A stretch of DNA of 55,299 bases from Candidatus Natronoplasma sp. (lineage in GTDB: Archaea > Thermoplasmatota > Thermoplasmata > Halarchaeoplasmatales > Halarchaeoplasmataceae): assembly GCA_048621055.1 (NCBI GenBank), contig JBMCXO010000001.1:1-55299 (forward strand), written 5' to 3'. Below the pieces are notes generated by a model that worked only from the letters and a program-made list of their open reading frames with translations, did not search any database and had not been told where the DNA came from. Below are positions 1-9,043 of the stretch, piece by piece (the first letter of the stretch is position 1; every line of letters starts with the position of its first letter). Made by a program: the position numbers and the translations under genes.

Positions 1-133
1 CTTCTTTTTTTATAATCTAAGATTGATGTCGTGATAGTCTATCTGAGGTAAAGGTTGAAAAAAGTGATCGTGAGTAGGTTTGTAAAGTGTTTAATCCCAG
101 ATTAATCTTTCTGTATTAGCAGAGAGATGAATT

Positions 134-415
134 TTGAAACTTAAATCTCTTGCAGTAGAATTAGTTAAATATATGGTTGTGATCCTAGTCGATGAAGACA
201 CGAGGCACGGCAAGGCGGTAATCAAATGCACTCATATCACTGTAGATGAAGTATTCCTCTTACTTACAAAAATGAATTTTGTTCCTATAGGGTTTAAAAT
301 TACATCCTTTGCTTCTTCGAGCAGAGCTTTGGGGTTGTATTTAGATGCTACTTATAGCCTCCGCAACTTAGTTCAAAAAGTTACGAGTTGCCCTATCATC
401 TTAATCATTATCTGA
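134..415 (+). CDS. hypothetical ORF, doubtful
   Basis: Only ORF of 60 aa or more in the first 560 nt. TTG start, no recognisable motif, and composition unlike the acidic neighbours. Confidence 0.15.
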   Translation: MKLKSLAVELVKYMVVILVDEDTRHGKAVIKCTHITVDEVFLLLTKMNFVPIGFKITSFASSSRALGLYLDATYSLRNLVQKVTSCPIILIII

Positions 416-564
416 CGGAACATATGTTGGGGGCGTTAGGATATGTACAGAGATACCGACAGCGATAGCAAATAACAAAACTCGGATGATGAGCATATCC
501 ATCGCGAAAAAAGCTGAAAACAAAATGGAAGGCTACAGGGCAAATAGTACCACGAATTTGACCC

Positions 565-1071
565 TCAAAGAGATCCCTCTAACTCAGTAACATCCTCATC
601 CTCAAATTTTTCTTTAACCCTTTTCTCTATATTGCCCTTTACTAGTTTTTCGAGGATATCTCTATCGCTATCTTGGATTATTATATGGTCTATCTTCATC
701 TCCTCGGACTGTTCGATGATCTTATCAGCTATCCTATCAGCTTTTCTCAGCCTAACTTCAGTTGGTATCCCAGACTTTTTCGTTACCTTTAAAACATCTT
801 CAGCATAAGCATCAACTTCTTTCTTTTTTTCTTCCATCAAAGTTTTCAAGAAATCTTCTTCTGCTTTTTTTCCTATTCTAGTGTCAATTACATTTTCTAT
901 ATGCGGTCGTTCTATCATCTTCAATATAATTATCTTAGATGGTTTTTCTTTTTCTATAGTAGTTTTTATCATTTTTAGGGATTTTTCGGAGTATGGTGAC
1001 TCATAACATGCTATCATCAATATATTTCTTCCTTCATCATTTTTTTCATAAATTTCTTTTTTCTTTTCCAT
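565..1071 (-). CDS. universal stress protein (USP)-like domain protein, paralog 1
   Basis: 168 aa. The pattern NILMIACYES...KIIILKMIE...DHIIIQD...GNIEKRV is shared with ORFs 2589-3110 and 4938-5495 and resembles the UspA fold with a degenerate ATP motif. Lies 23 nt downstream of a permease gene. Confidence 0.7.
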   Translation of the reverse strand: MEKKKEIYEKNDEGRNILMIACYESPYSEKSLKMIKTTIEKEKPSKIIILKMIERPHIENVIDTRIGKKAEEDFLKTLMEEKKKEVDAYAEDVLKVTKKSGIPTEVRLRKADRIADKIIEQSEEMKIDHIIIQDSDRDILEKLVKGNIEKRVKEKFEDEDVTELEGSL

Positions 1072-1094
1072 TAACCATCACCTTAAATCTTGCT

Positions 1095-2552
1095 TCACCA
1101 ATATCCTAGTAACCACCACCAACCGAGCCCTATCGTTAAGAATACAGTCAATCCTATGATATTTAATATCAAACCGGGGATCAAAAAATCTCTTTGGTCT
1201 AAATGACCGGTAGAATAAACGAGGGCAGAGCTAGGTCTTCCCACAACTAGCATGAAAGCGAAAGCACTAGGGAACGATACTAAAAATACAGGTAATACAT
1301 CTGAATAACCTAAAACGATCATTGCTGAGAGCGCAATAGGAAGTACTACACCTGTAGTAGCTGAGCTGCTCATCAAATTTGCAAGGATGACTGTCAGGAA
1401 TGCAAAAAGTATCAATAATATGAGGCGGTTCCTACCTCCAACATCCAATATCGAGATGGATATAAATTCTAAAGTCCCGCTCTCTCCTAATATGAAGGAA
1501 AGAGATACCGCCCCTCCAAAAAGAAATATAGCCCCCCAAGGAAGCCTTTGAACTATGTCATCCCAAGTCACGGTTCCTGAGATGGCTATGACGACAGTAA
1601 CAAGGACTGATATTATTGCTAAACCTATATATTGTCCCACAAGGGTCCAAGCGACAAAAGCAGAAATCAGAAAGCCTAAAGCCTTCGCCTCGCCCATAGA
1701 GAAACCACCCATTACTTCTACCTCTTCTCGCAGTTTGAGATGGATTTTGTCCATATCTACTTCATTGATTTGAAATAAATTCTTTAGTACAAAATAAAGG
1801 ATTACTGTCATTATTATAACAATAGGTATGGCAGCAATGAACCAATCTACAAAGGAAAGATACTTTCCGGTTTCACTCTTATAGATCTCTACAGCTAGGA
1901 TGTTTCTCGCGCCTCCTAAAAAAGTTCCCATGCTACCTATACTAGTCGAAAAGGTTAGAGCTAGGAGAGTAGATTTAATAAAGTTCGGATCAAGTTCCTC
2001 CTCTTCATAAATTGAATATACGCTAAGCAGAACTGGTATGAATAGTGCAGCCACACCATTACCAGGCATCATCATGGAAAGAAAGGATCCTATTAGGATA
2101 ATACCTAATAAGAACTGCTGAGGACTTTCCCCAAACCTCTGTAATACCTTAAGAGCTATCCTTTTATGGAGACCATGTTTTTCGACAGTAGAAGCCAAAA
2201 TAAAAGCACCTATCAAAAAGAAGATCGAAGAAGAGGCAAAACCTGTAAACGCTTCTTCAGGTTCTACGATGCCGAGGATGGCTGACGAAGAAATCAACAA
2301 GAATGCTGTGAACATGTAAGATATTGGGGTTAATGCCCAGAAATAGATAGCCAAAAATAGGAGAGCTAACCCATAATACTGGTGAGCTTGAGTAACGTCT
2401 GTCGCTAAATGTTCAAATATGATTATCATGGATGCAAAGATGGCAATGCCTATAACGGCCTGGATTTTATCGTTTCTCAAAAAGTCCATCAATCCAACCT
2501 GAGATCCGATTATGTCTTCGTTTACCACCTTAGATGTATCTAGACTATTCAT
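1095..2552 (-). CDS. ion-transporter superfamily permease (DASS/SLC13- or ArsB/NhaD-like), paralog 1
   Basis: 485 aa and polytopic. Two re-entrant-loop-like motifs, FLSMMMPGNGVAALFIPV and NLMSSSATTGVVLPIA (SNT-type), plus GGARN. About 70% identical by eye to ORF 3415-4866. Confidence 0.8.
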   Translation of the reverse strand: MNSLDTSKVVNEDIIGSQVGLMDFLRNDKIQAVIGIAIFASMIIIFEHLATDVTQAHQYYGLALLFLAIYFWALTPISYMFTAFLLISSSAILGIVEPEEAFTGFASSSIFFLIGAFILASTVEKHGLHKRIALKVLQRFGESPQQFLLGIILIGSFLSMMMPGNGVAALFIPVLLSVYSIYEEEELDPNFIKSTLLALTFSTSIGSMGTFLGGARNILAVEIYKSETGKYLSFVDWFIAAIPIVIIMTVILYFVLKNLFQINEVDMDKIHLKLREEVEVMGGFSMGEAKALGFLISAFVAWTLVGQYIGLAIISVLVTVVIAISGTVTWDDIVQRLPWGAIFLFGGAVSLSFILGESGTLEFISISILDVGGRNRLILLILFAFLTVILANLMSSSATTGVVLPIALSAMIVLGYSDVLPVFLVSFPSAFAFMLVVGRPSSALVYSTGHLDQRDFLIPGLILNIIGLTVFLTIGLGWWWLLGYW

Positions 2553-2588
2553 GATAATATCCTCACATACTAGAAGACAGATCCATTT

Positions 2589-3110
2589 TCAATCTAATCG
2601 AGTCACTTTATAGTCCTTTAATGCTTTTTTGACTTTCTTAGATATACTTCCCTCTATCGCCCTACCTAGAGAATCATTTTTTGGGGTATGTAATATGACA
2701 TGGTCTACAGACATATTTATGAATTCATGGATAATAGCCGATGCCACGTCATCGCTTCTCCTCAAGTGAATCTCATAAGAGATTTCAAAGTCTTCTATCA
2801 TCTCGATCAATTCTTTAGTGAATCTAAAAGCTTTTTCTTTCTTTTCTTTTCTAAGGAACTCTATAAATTTTTTCTTTTCTCCAAATCCCATACTCCCGTC
2901 GATCAATCTGGGAAGTTTTTTTTCTTTTATGAATTTTATAATCATTATTTTTTCAGGATTTTCATCTTTAATAATCCTTTTTAATTTATCTAGTGACTTT
3001 TCGGAATATTTTTGCCTATAACTTGCTATCATTAGATTTTTCTTTCTTGTTTCAATATGTCTCTTTTCATTTTCCTGATTATTTTTTTCATGGCTATTTT
3101 TACTATTCAT
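2589..3110 (-). CDS. USP-like domain protein, paralog 2
   Basis: 173 aa with a Lys/Asn-rich N-tail. NLMIASYRQKYSEKSL...KIMIIKFI...DHVILHT...GSISKKV is collinear with the other two USP-like ORFs. GGAGGT lies about 13 nt upstream of the ATG. Confidence 0.7.
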   Translation of the reverse strand: MNSKNSHEKNNQENEKRHIETRKKNLMIASYRQKYSEKSLDKLKRIIKDENPEKIMIIKFIKEKKLPRLIDGSMGFGEKKKFIEFLRKEKKEKAFRFTKELIEMIEDFEISYEIHLRRSDDVASAIIHEFINMSVDHVILHTPKNDSLGRAIEGSISKKVKKALKDYKVTRLD

Positions 3111-3306
3111 CTAATCTTCATACCTCCAAAACACCATGTAAATTAACCTAAATATTTTGTTTACGTTCTTACTGTCCTGTTATTCTTTATGTCAACACCT
3201 TTTATAAACTTTTGACATCAGTAAATCATGTACAAATATAAGGTTTTTTATTTCTAACTATAGTCAAAGACATATGGTTTGCGTGACATCCTCCCACTCA
3301 AACATA

Positions 3307-3354
3307 GCTCTCGTGATGTTAAGGATGTAACGAACTTGTTATAATCACGAGAGC
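3307..3354. other. perfect 11-bp inverted repeat (GCTCTCGTGAT / ATCACGAGAGC) with a 26-nt loop
   Basis: Read directly. Sits in the atypically long 304-nt spacer between permease 2 and USP 2. Confidence 0.5.
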
Positions 3355-3414
3355 CTTGTTCGAGCGAATGTCGGGAACGGAGTTTCCTACGGGGTTATGT
3401 TTTCCTCTATAATA

Positions 3415-4866
3415 TCACCAATACCCGAGCAACCACCACCAACCTAATCCTATGGTGAGGAATATAGCCAAACCTATTATATTGAGAATCAAACCAGAAA
3501 CTAAAAAGTCCTTCTGATCTAGATGCCCAGTTGAGTAAACTAAAGCCGCGCTGGGTGTACCTACAATGAACATGAAGGCGAAAGCACTAGGAAGTGCTAC
3601 AAGGTACACAGGGAGTATATCAGAAAAGCCCATCTCCAGCATAGCCGATAAAGCTATCGGCAAGACTACACCTGTCGTCGCGGCATTGCTCATCACATTT
3701 GAAAGGAAAGCAGTCAATATTGCAAACATCGCCAGCAGAAGAAATGGGGACTTTCCGACCATACCGAGCAAGAAGATGGCTACGAATTGAAGCGTCCCCG
3801 ACTCGCTCAGGATGAACCCCAAAGATATAGCTCCACCGTAAAGGAATATAGTACCCCAGGGTAATCTCTGAGCTATGTCGTCCCAGCTTATAGTGCCTGA
3901 AAGAGCTATGACAACAGAGATAAAGACTGCTATGACTCCCATTCCTAACACCTGTCCTAGAACAGCCCAGGCGATGAAAGCGGAGATCAAAAAGCCTAGT
4001 GCTTTTGCTTCACCCATCGAAAATTTTCCCATCTCTTCAACCTGAGAACCCACTTCGTTCGATATCTTTTCTATATCCACCCCTCTAACATCGAAGATTT
4101 TCACAAGTACTATGTAAACAAAAAAAGTCATCAAAAGTACCATCGGTATAGCAGCTATGAACCATTCGACGAAAGAGATGGATTTACCAGTTTCGACGAA
4201 ATATATCTCAATCGCTAAAGGATTTCTAGCTCCACCCAATAGAGTACCCATACTACCAACGCTGGTGGAGAAGGAAAGACCTAAGAGACTAGCTTTGATA
4301 AAATCAGGATCGAGTTCACCTTCTTCATATACTGAGTAGACGCTGAGCAATACCGGTATGAATATAGCCGCGACGCCGTGAGCAGGCATCGTCATGGAAA
4401 GGAACGAACCTAGAAGAACGATCCCCAATACGAAACGCTTAGGATTTTCTCCAAACCTTTTCAGCACCTTCAATGCTATCCTTTTATGGAGACCGTATTT
4501 TTCTATCGTAAGACTCAATATGAATGCGCCGAGGAGAAAGAAAATCGTCGTAGAGGCAAAACCCGTGAACGCGTTAGCGGGTTCTATAATACCAAGCATG
4601 ACGGAAAAAGAGATTATCAAAAATGCGGTAAACATATAAGAAACTGGAGTCAAAAGCCAATAATAGATCGCCAAAAAGAGAAGCGCTATACCATAATACT
4701 GTTGAGCTGTTGCTGTATCAACGGCGATCCGATTGAACACTAAGATAAGTATAGCAAATATAAGCAGACCTATAACTCCCTGTACTTTATCGTTTCTCAA
4801 ATACCTCAATATATTGAATTTATATTCGATTATTTTCGATCTTAGCTCACCAGTAACTATTTTCAT
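3415..4866 (-). CDS. ion-transporter superfamily permease (DASS/SLC13- or ArsB/NhaD-like), paralog 2
   Basis: 483 aa. Motifs FLSMTMPAHGVAAIFIPV and NVMSNAATTGVVLPIA, with the same C-terminus (GLGWWWLLGYW) as paralog 1. Confidence 0.8.
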   Translation of the reverse strand: MKIVTGELRSKIIEYKFNILRYLRNDKVQGVIGLLIFAILILVFNRIAVDTATAQQYYGIALLFLAIYYWLLTPVSYMFTAFLIISFSVMLGIIEPANAFTGFASTTIFFLLGAFILSLTIEKYGLHKRIALKVLKRFGENPKRFVLGIVLLGSFLSMTMPAHGVAAIFIPVLLSVYSVYEEGELDPDFIKASLLGLSFSTSVGSMGTLLGGARNPLAIEIYFVETGKSISFVEWFIAAIPMVLLMTFFVYIVLVKIFDVRGVDIEKISNEVGSQVEEMGKFSMGEAKALGFLISAFIAWAVLGQVLGMGVIAVFISVVIALSGTISWDDIAQRLPWGTIFLYGGAISLGFILSESGTLQFVAIFLLGMVGKSPFLLLAMFAILTAFLSNVMSNAATTGVVLPIALSAMLEMGFSDILPVYLVALPSAFAFMFIVGTPSAALVYSTGHLDQKDFLVSGLILNIIGLAIFLTIGLGWWWLLGYW

Positions 4867-4937
4867 TTCTAATCACACTTTCGAATTAGAAGTCAAAACT
4901 CATGACCTCCAATAGAAACGCTAGATCAAACTGCTGA

Positions 4938-5495
4938 TCATTCTAGCAATGTCACCTTCCTAGTGTTAACACCCTTTTTAACAGTTTCCGATATGCTGCC
5001 CTCTATAACTTTTCCAAGAGGTCCTTTCTTCGGCTCGTGGATTATGATGTGATCTACATCAAAATTATCAAATTCGTCTTTTATTTCCTCCGCAACATTC
5101 TCTCCTTTCCTGAGATGCACATCCGATGGGGTATCAAATTTTTTGACCAAGTTTACAATATCCTCAGCATATCTATCAGCCTGCTCCTTTTTTTCTTCCT
5201 CCACTGATTCGAGGAAGTCTTTCTTGCTCTCTACACCTAGATTGGCATCTACCATCTCCGGAGGAGTTTTTTGTTCAATAGCCTTCAAAATTATTATCTT
5301 TTCGGGTTTTTCTTGTTGGATTATCTGTCTTATCACATCTAATGATTCCTTCGAGTAATTTTCCCTGTAACTAGCTATCATCAGCGTTTTAATGGCTTCT
5401 GTCCTTTCCTCATCTTTTCTTTTCATTACTTTTTTCTTTGGTTTTTTTCTTTTATTCACTTTATTCTCACTACTGTTTTTATTATTTTTTACCAT
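4938..5495 (-). CDS. USP-like domain protein, paralog 3
   Basis: 185 aa with a long Lys-rich N-tail. TLMIASYRENYSKESL...KIIILKAIE...DHIIIHE...GSISETV. GGAGGT lies upstream of the ATG. Confidence 0.7.
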   Translation of the reverse strand: MVKNNKNSSENKVNKRKKPKKKVMKRKDEERTEAIKTLMIASYRENYSKESLDVIRQIIQQEKPEKIIILKAIEQKTPPEMVDANLGVESKKDFLESVEEEKKEQADRYAEDIVNLVKKFDTPSDVHLRKGENVAEEIKDEFDNFDVDHIIIHEPKKGPLGKVIEGSISETVKKGVNTRKVTLLE

Positions 5496-5673
5496 GGAAG
5501 GTTATACCTCCAAAATTGCAGACTTCTTCGCTGTCCTGATGATCCCGTGTTAGTAGCGGACATCTCTTAGAGTATTAGTAATACCTATTATAAAATATTT
5601 AACGTTAAATCTCACTAAATTTACCCTCCTTAAAAATCCGATGGGTTGAAATACCTTAGTAATCATGTAAAAA

Positions 5674-5845
5674 GTGTCCGGTTCAACCGGACACGGTCCT
5701 GATGGGTCCCCCTGAAATGTGGACGGAACGTCTCAAAGATGATCAGGGACCAACCCCAGGACTGGACAGACCCCTGGTCAGAGTCAGGGAGGGGAGATGG
5801 ACGCACCTGACGATGAACCAACCTGTTACGGCCAGGGGACATCTA
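5674..5845. ncRNA. candidate structured RNA (unclassified) in a G+C-rich island
   Basis: About 59% G+C by hand count (5674-5843) in an AT-rich spacer. Perfect 8-bp hairpin at 5674-5694. Long-range pairing of 5701-5714 (GATGGGTCCCCCTG) with 5833-5843 (CAGGGGACATC). No Rfam family could be assigned by eye. Confidence 0.3.
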
Positions 5846-5856
5846 AATAAGATACT

Positions 5857-6009
5857 ATGAAAAAGACAACAAAAAAATTAGAGTGCCCCAACTGTGGGAG
5901 TCATAAGATCTTTGCTGAGGCAGCTTTCATAACAGGCTTCAAATATCACTGTAAAAACTGTGACTATGTCGGTCCGTTTGTTATAGAAAGAGATATCGAA
6001 AAAGAGTAG
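5857..6009 (+). CDS. small zinc-ribbon protein (50 aa), absent from the ORF track
   Basis: MKKTTKKLECPNCGSHKIF...YHCKNCDYVGPFVIERDIEKE has a CxxC...CxxC pair and genome-typical K/E-rich composition. Convergent with pan. Confidence 0.45.
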   Translation: MKKTTKKLECPNCGSHKIFAEAAFITGFKYHCKNCDYVGPFVIERDIEKE

Positions 6010-6015
6010 ATCTTT

Positions 6016-7224
6016 TCATGCGTACATGACTTGTTTCTTTATCTTCCTTTCTGTAGAATCTGAAAGTACTTTTTCGATAGCTTCTAAGAAGTCTCTTTGT
6101 TTTATTTCTTTGCTCCGCTCCCTTCTTATGGAGAACATACCCGCTTCGGTACAGATTGCCTTTATGTCAGCACCACTAGCTTCTTCGGCTTCAGTCGCCA
6201 ATAGATCGAGGTCTATTTCCTCGGATATATTCATACTCTTCATATGAAGTCTAAATATGTCTTTTCTCGCTTGGTAATCGGGTTTCGGTGTTTCAATTAT
6301 TCTATCGAAACGCCCCGGTCTCAACAAGGCCTTATCTAGCAACTTCGGTCTGTTTGTTGCTCCTATTATTTTTACTTCTCCCAGGGGATCGAACCCATCA
6401 AGCTCCGATAAAAGCTGCATCATCGTTCTCTGAACCTCTCTATCACCAGAGGTTGCCTGCTCCTGCCTTCTCGTCGCGACAGAGTCCAGTTCATCTATAA
6501 ATATCACTGACGGCGATTTTTCCCGCGCCATCTGAAACAGCTCTCTCACCATCCTTGCTCCCTCTCCTATGTATTTCTGGACCAGCTCTGAACCTACGAG
6601 TTTGATGAAGGTCGCATTCGTTCTATTTGCTACCGCCTTTGCCATCATCGTTTTACCCGTTCCAGGCGGTCCTACTAGGAGAACAGCTTTTGGAGGATCT
6701 ATCCCAACATCAGCAAACTTCTGAGGATAAAGCAGGGGTTCTTCGACTGTCTCTTTCACTTCTCTTATCTGGTCTTTTAGACCTCCTATGTCTTCGTAGG
6801 TCACTTCAGGTTTCGTAAGAACCTCTGCACCCATTATATCTGGATCAACTGGAGCTGGTAAAATTTCCACCACCGAGAGTGTCTGTTTGTTCAAAGCAAC
6901 TCTAGTACCTGGCTTCAGATCATTGTTTGGTAAAAAATCAGCTACGTTAACGATGAAGTCTGGACCTGTGGAACTCTCTATAACGGCTTTGTCTTCGGGT
7001 AAAATTTCCTTCACCTGACCGACCAAAAGAGGTGGCTTTTTGAGCCTCGCCACTTCCTTCTTGAGTTCCTTCGTCTCTCTTTTAAGACGCTCCAATTCGT
7101 TTCTAACGTAATCATCTCTGGACGAGCGTGTATAATCATCAGTCTTCTGCGCGTGTTTTTTCTGCAGTTCTTCAATCCTTTGCGTCAGTTCCTTCGATTT
7201 TCCGCTCAAATCCTCTTCGTCCAA
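6016..7224 (-). CDS. pan: proteasome-activating nucleotidase (AAA+ ATPase)
   Basis: 402 aa. N-terminal coiled coil, Walker A GPPGTGKT, Walker B VIFIDELD, and a C-terminal HbYX-like M-Y-A. Confidence 0.95.
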   Translation of the reverse strand: MDEEDLSGKSKELTQRIEELQKKHAQKTDDYTRSSRDDYVRNELERLKRETKELKKEVARLKKPPLLVGQVKEILPEDKAVIESSTGPDFIVNVADFLPNNDLKPGTRVALNKQTLSVVEILPAPVDPDIMGAEVLTKPEVTYEDIGGLKDQIREVKETVEEPLLYPQKFADVGIDPPKAVLLVGPPGTGKTMMAKAVANRTNATFIKLVGSELVQKYIGEGARMVRELFQMAREKSPSVIFIDELDSVATRRQEQATSGDREVQRTMMQLLSELDGFDPLGEVKIIGATNRPKLLDKALLRPGRFDRIIETPKPDYQARKDIFRLHMKSMNISEEIDLDLLATEAEEASGADIKAICTEAGMFSIRRERSKEIKQRDFLEAIEKVLSDSTERKIKKQVMYA

Positions 7225-7295
7225 ACGACCACCGTTTATTTATTAAAATACGACAGGGCTGTGTTATAAAGATTGTGGTGATATCTCACTGGACT

Positions 7296-8414
7296 TCATC
7301 CTTCATCTTCCAGAAAAGAATTCAGTTTTTTTATGGCATAATCTTTATCCTTATCTGGGATCTTCGCTTTTATGATATCACCTCCCAACGCACGAAGGGT
7401 GTTATCGTAGACTTCCTTATCTACAGGATACGGGGTCCCATCCTTACCTCCATGAGCGAAGCTGTACTTTACCGGATCCTGCCAGCTGACTTCGGCCCCG
7501 TAGATAAGATCAGAAACAAGCGCTAAAGCTCTGATCTTTTTCGGTCCCATTTCTTCTAAATTTATGAGTTCTTCATAGTTACTGGGCTGAATCTGATACG
7601 CTCTTTCGAGTGTTTTCCAACCTCTTTTAGTAATATCCATATCTAAAACAGAGTGATGTGACGGCATCTTCAATTTCTTTGAGCTAAAATCAGTCAGTGT
7701 AGTTTGTCCGCTTTCATCGAGATACTTCCTCAGATGTGCGGGATTGTCGTTCACCAAGTCCAAGCTTATATCTCTAGCTTCCCTACTATTTCCGTCCGTC
7801 ATATTCAATACGTTCTTTTCCCTCCTATCACATGATATACCTTCATGTGGATCTTCGATCATTTTATCTATATTTCTAGAGAGCCATTGATATCTCCGGG
7901 CATAGCCTTCTTCTGCTTTCATCCCTTGTTGGATCACCCCCCATTCTGATTCTTCGGAGATTATAAAGCAGTGATGGTATAGTTGATAATCGTCCTGCAC
8001 ACATGAATTATCCACTTTTGCAGAGAGTTTGGAGTTGTGAACTAGATCATCAATATTGGATGGTTTTATGGAGAAAACTTCTTCCAATTCCCTTATCTCT
8101 TGCGGTGTTTTTCTGCTTGCTTTTCCCTTTCCCCCCGCTATCGCTATACCGTGCTGAACAGGATCTAATGCCTGCTTCAAAGCCCCACATGTCGTAGTGG
8201 TAGTTCCGCTGGAGTGCCAATCAAAACCTATCGTGCAGGAAAAGGCCTGAAACCAGTGAGGATCCGTTATCCTTCTCAAAAACTCACCCCTACCAAAATC
8301 TTCGATTATCAGCTCGGTGATCCCTCTACTCAGACGGACCATCCTTTTGAACAACCATCGAGGTGCTTTTCCCCCATGGAGAGGAAGATCCGTAGTGCCT
8401 TTTTTCATCATCAC
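7296..8414 (-). CDS. conserved archaeal protein, DUF763-like
   Basis: 372 aa. The N-terminal DLPLHGGKAPRWLFKRM...WHSSGTTT pattern is what I recall for DUF763. Function unknown. Confidence 0.6.
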   Translation of the reverse strand: MMMKKGTTDLPLHGGKAPRWLFKRMVRLSRGITELIIEDFGRGEFLRRITDPHWFQAFSCTIGFDWHSSGTTTTTCGALKQALDPVQHGIAIAGGKGKASRKTPQEIRELEEVFSIKPSNIDDLVHNSKLSAKVDNSCVQDDYQLYHHCFIISEESEWGVIQQGMKAEEGYARRYQWLSRNIDKMIEDPHEGISCDRREKNVLNMTDGNSREARDISLDLVNDNPAHLRKYLDESGQTTLTDFSSKKLKMPSHHSVLDMDITKRGWKTLERAYQIQPSNYEELINLEEMGPKKIRALALVSDLIYGAEVSWQDPVKYSFAHGGKDGTPYPVDKEVYDNTLRALGGDIIKAKIPDKDKDYAIKKLNSFLEDEG

Positions 8415-8488
8415 ATCATTTCATTTACGCGCTGAAGTATAACTTTTATCATGTTAGATAGTTCCGAGTTATCAAAAATAGATGAAAA

Positions 8489-9010
8489 TTAGCCCTTGGA
8501 TTTCTTTTTGAATTTATTTATATCCCGTTTGATAGCACGGTAAAAGGCCGGGAAGTAAACGATACTCGCCAAAGTAGCTATCACACCCATAGCGACGTAA
8601 AATACCTCAGTATCACCTTGATATGGTCTCATACCGCCGATGATAAAACCCAACTCATCCACTATCAGACCTAGACCTAGACCGTACAGGATAGAGCTGA
8701 TCCGGGCCATGGTCTTGCTCCAATAATTTATAGCCAACCAAGCAGATACAGCCAGAAATACTATTCCATATGTTATGTGATGTATGTGGTATCCACCCAT
8801 CACAAGGTTTCTACCCACACTGTAGCTTACTTCAGAGTTTACTGCTCCACTGGCTCCAAGATAGATCACCCACAAACGAGCCGTTAAGAAACTAGCTAGA
8901 AAAGAGACAGATATCAGGAAAGGGGTGGACCTTCTCCTCTTGAAGATCTCTCTCTTTATTTTATTCAAAGTATATTTATATACGTAATTATATTTTTTCT
9001 TATCGGCCAT
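8489..9010 (-). CDS. membrane protein, unknown function
   Basis: 173 aa, about 4 TM segments, basic termini, HIHHITYG motif. Confidence 0.6.
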   Translation of the reverse strand: MADKKKYNYVYKYTLNKIKREIFKRRRSTPFLISVSFLASFLTARLWVIYLGASGAVNSEVSYSVGRNLVMGGYHIHHITYGIVFLAVSAWLAINYWSKTMARISSILYGLGLGLIVDELGFIIGGMRPYQGDTEVFYVAMGVIATLASIVYFPAFYRAIKRDINKFKKKSKG

Positions 9011-9043
9011 ATGTTCTTGATTAAGCTATATGAAGTTTTTTGA

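Noticed and set aside
401-502. 33-aa hydrophobic mini-ORF on the minus strand (MDMLIIRVLLFAIAVGISVHIL...), downstream of USP paralog 1.
   Set aside because: It is too short and has no supporting motif or ribosome-binding site that I could see, so it cannot be distinguished from chance.
5674-5694. A hairpin with a GGTTCAACC loop that resembles a tRNA T-arm.
   Set aside because: The stem is 8 bp with a 5-nt loop, and no acceptor, D or anticodon arms can be built around it.
5674-5845. Calling the G+C-rich island an SRP (7S) RNA or RNase P RNA.
   Set aside because: There is only loose similarity to SRP helix 8 (CCUGGUCAG). It lacks the GNAR tetraloop, the AGCA motif and any Alu-domain motifs. 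It is about half the archaeal SRP length, and no RNase P CR-I or CR-V motifs appear on either strand.
5702-5860. 52-codon ORF (MGPPEMWTERLKDDQGPTPG...) running through the G+C-rich island.
   Set aside because: Its composition (Pro/Gly/Arg-rich, G+C-rich codons) is unlike every other protein in the window, and open frames are expected by chance in G+C-rich DNA. I kept it only as an alternative explanation in the findings.
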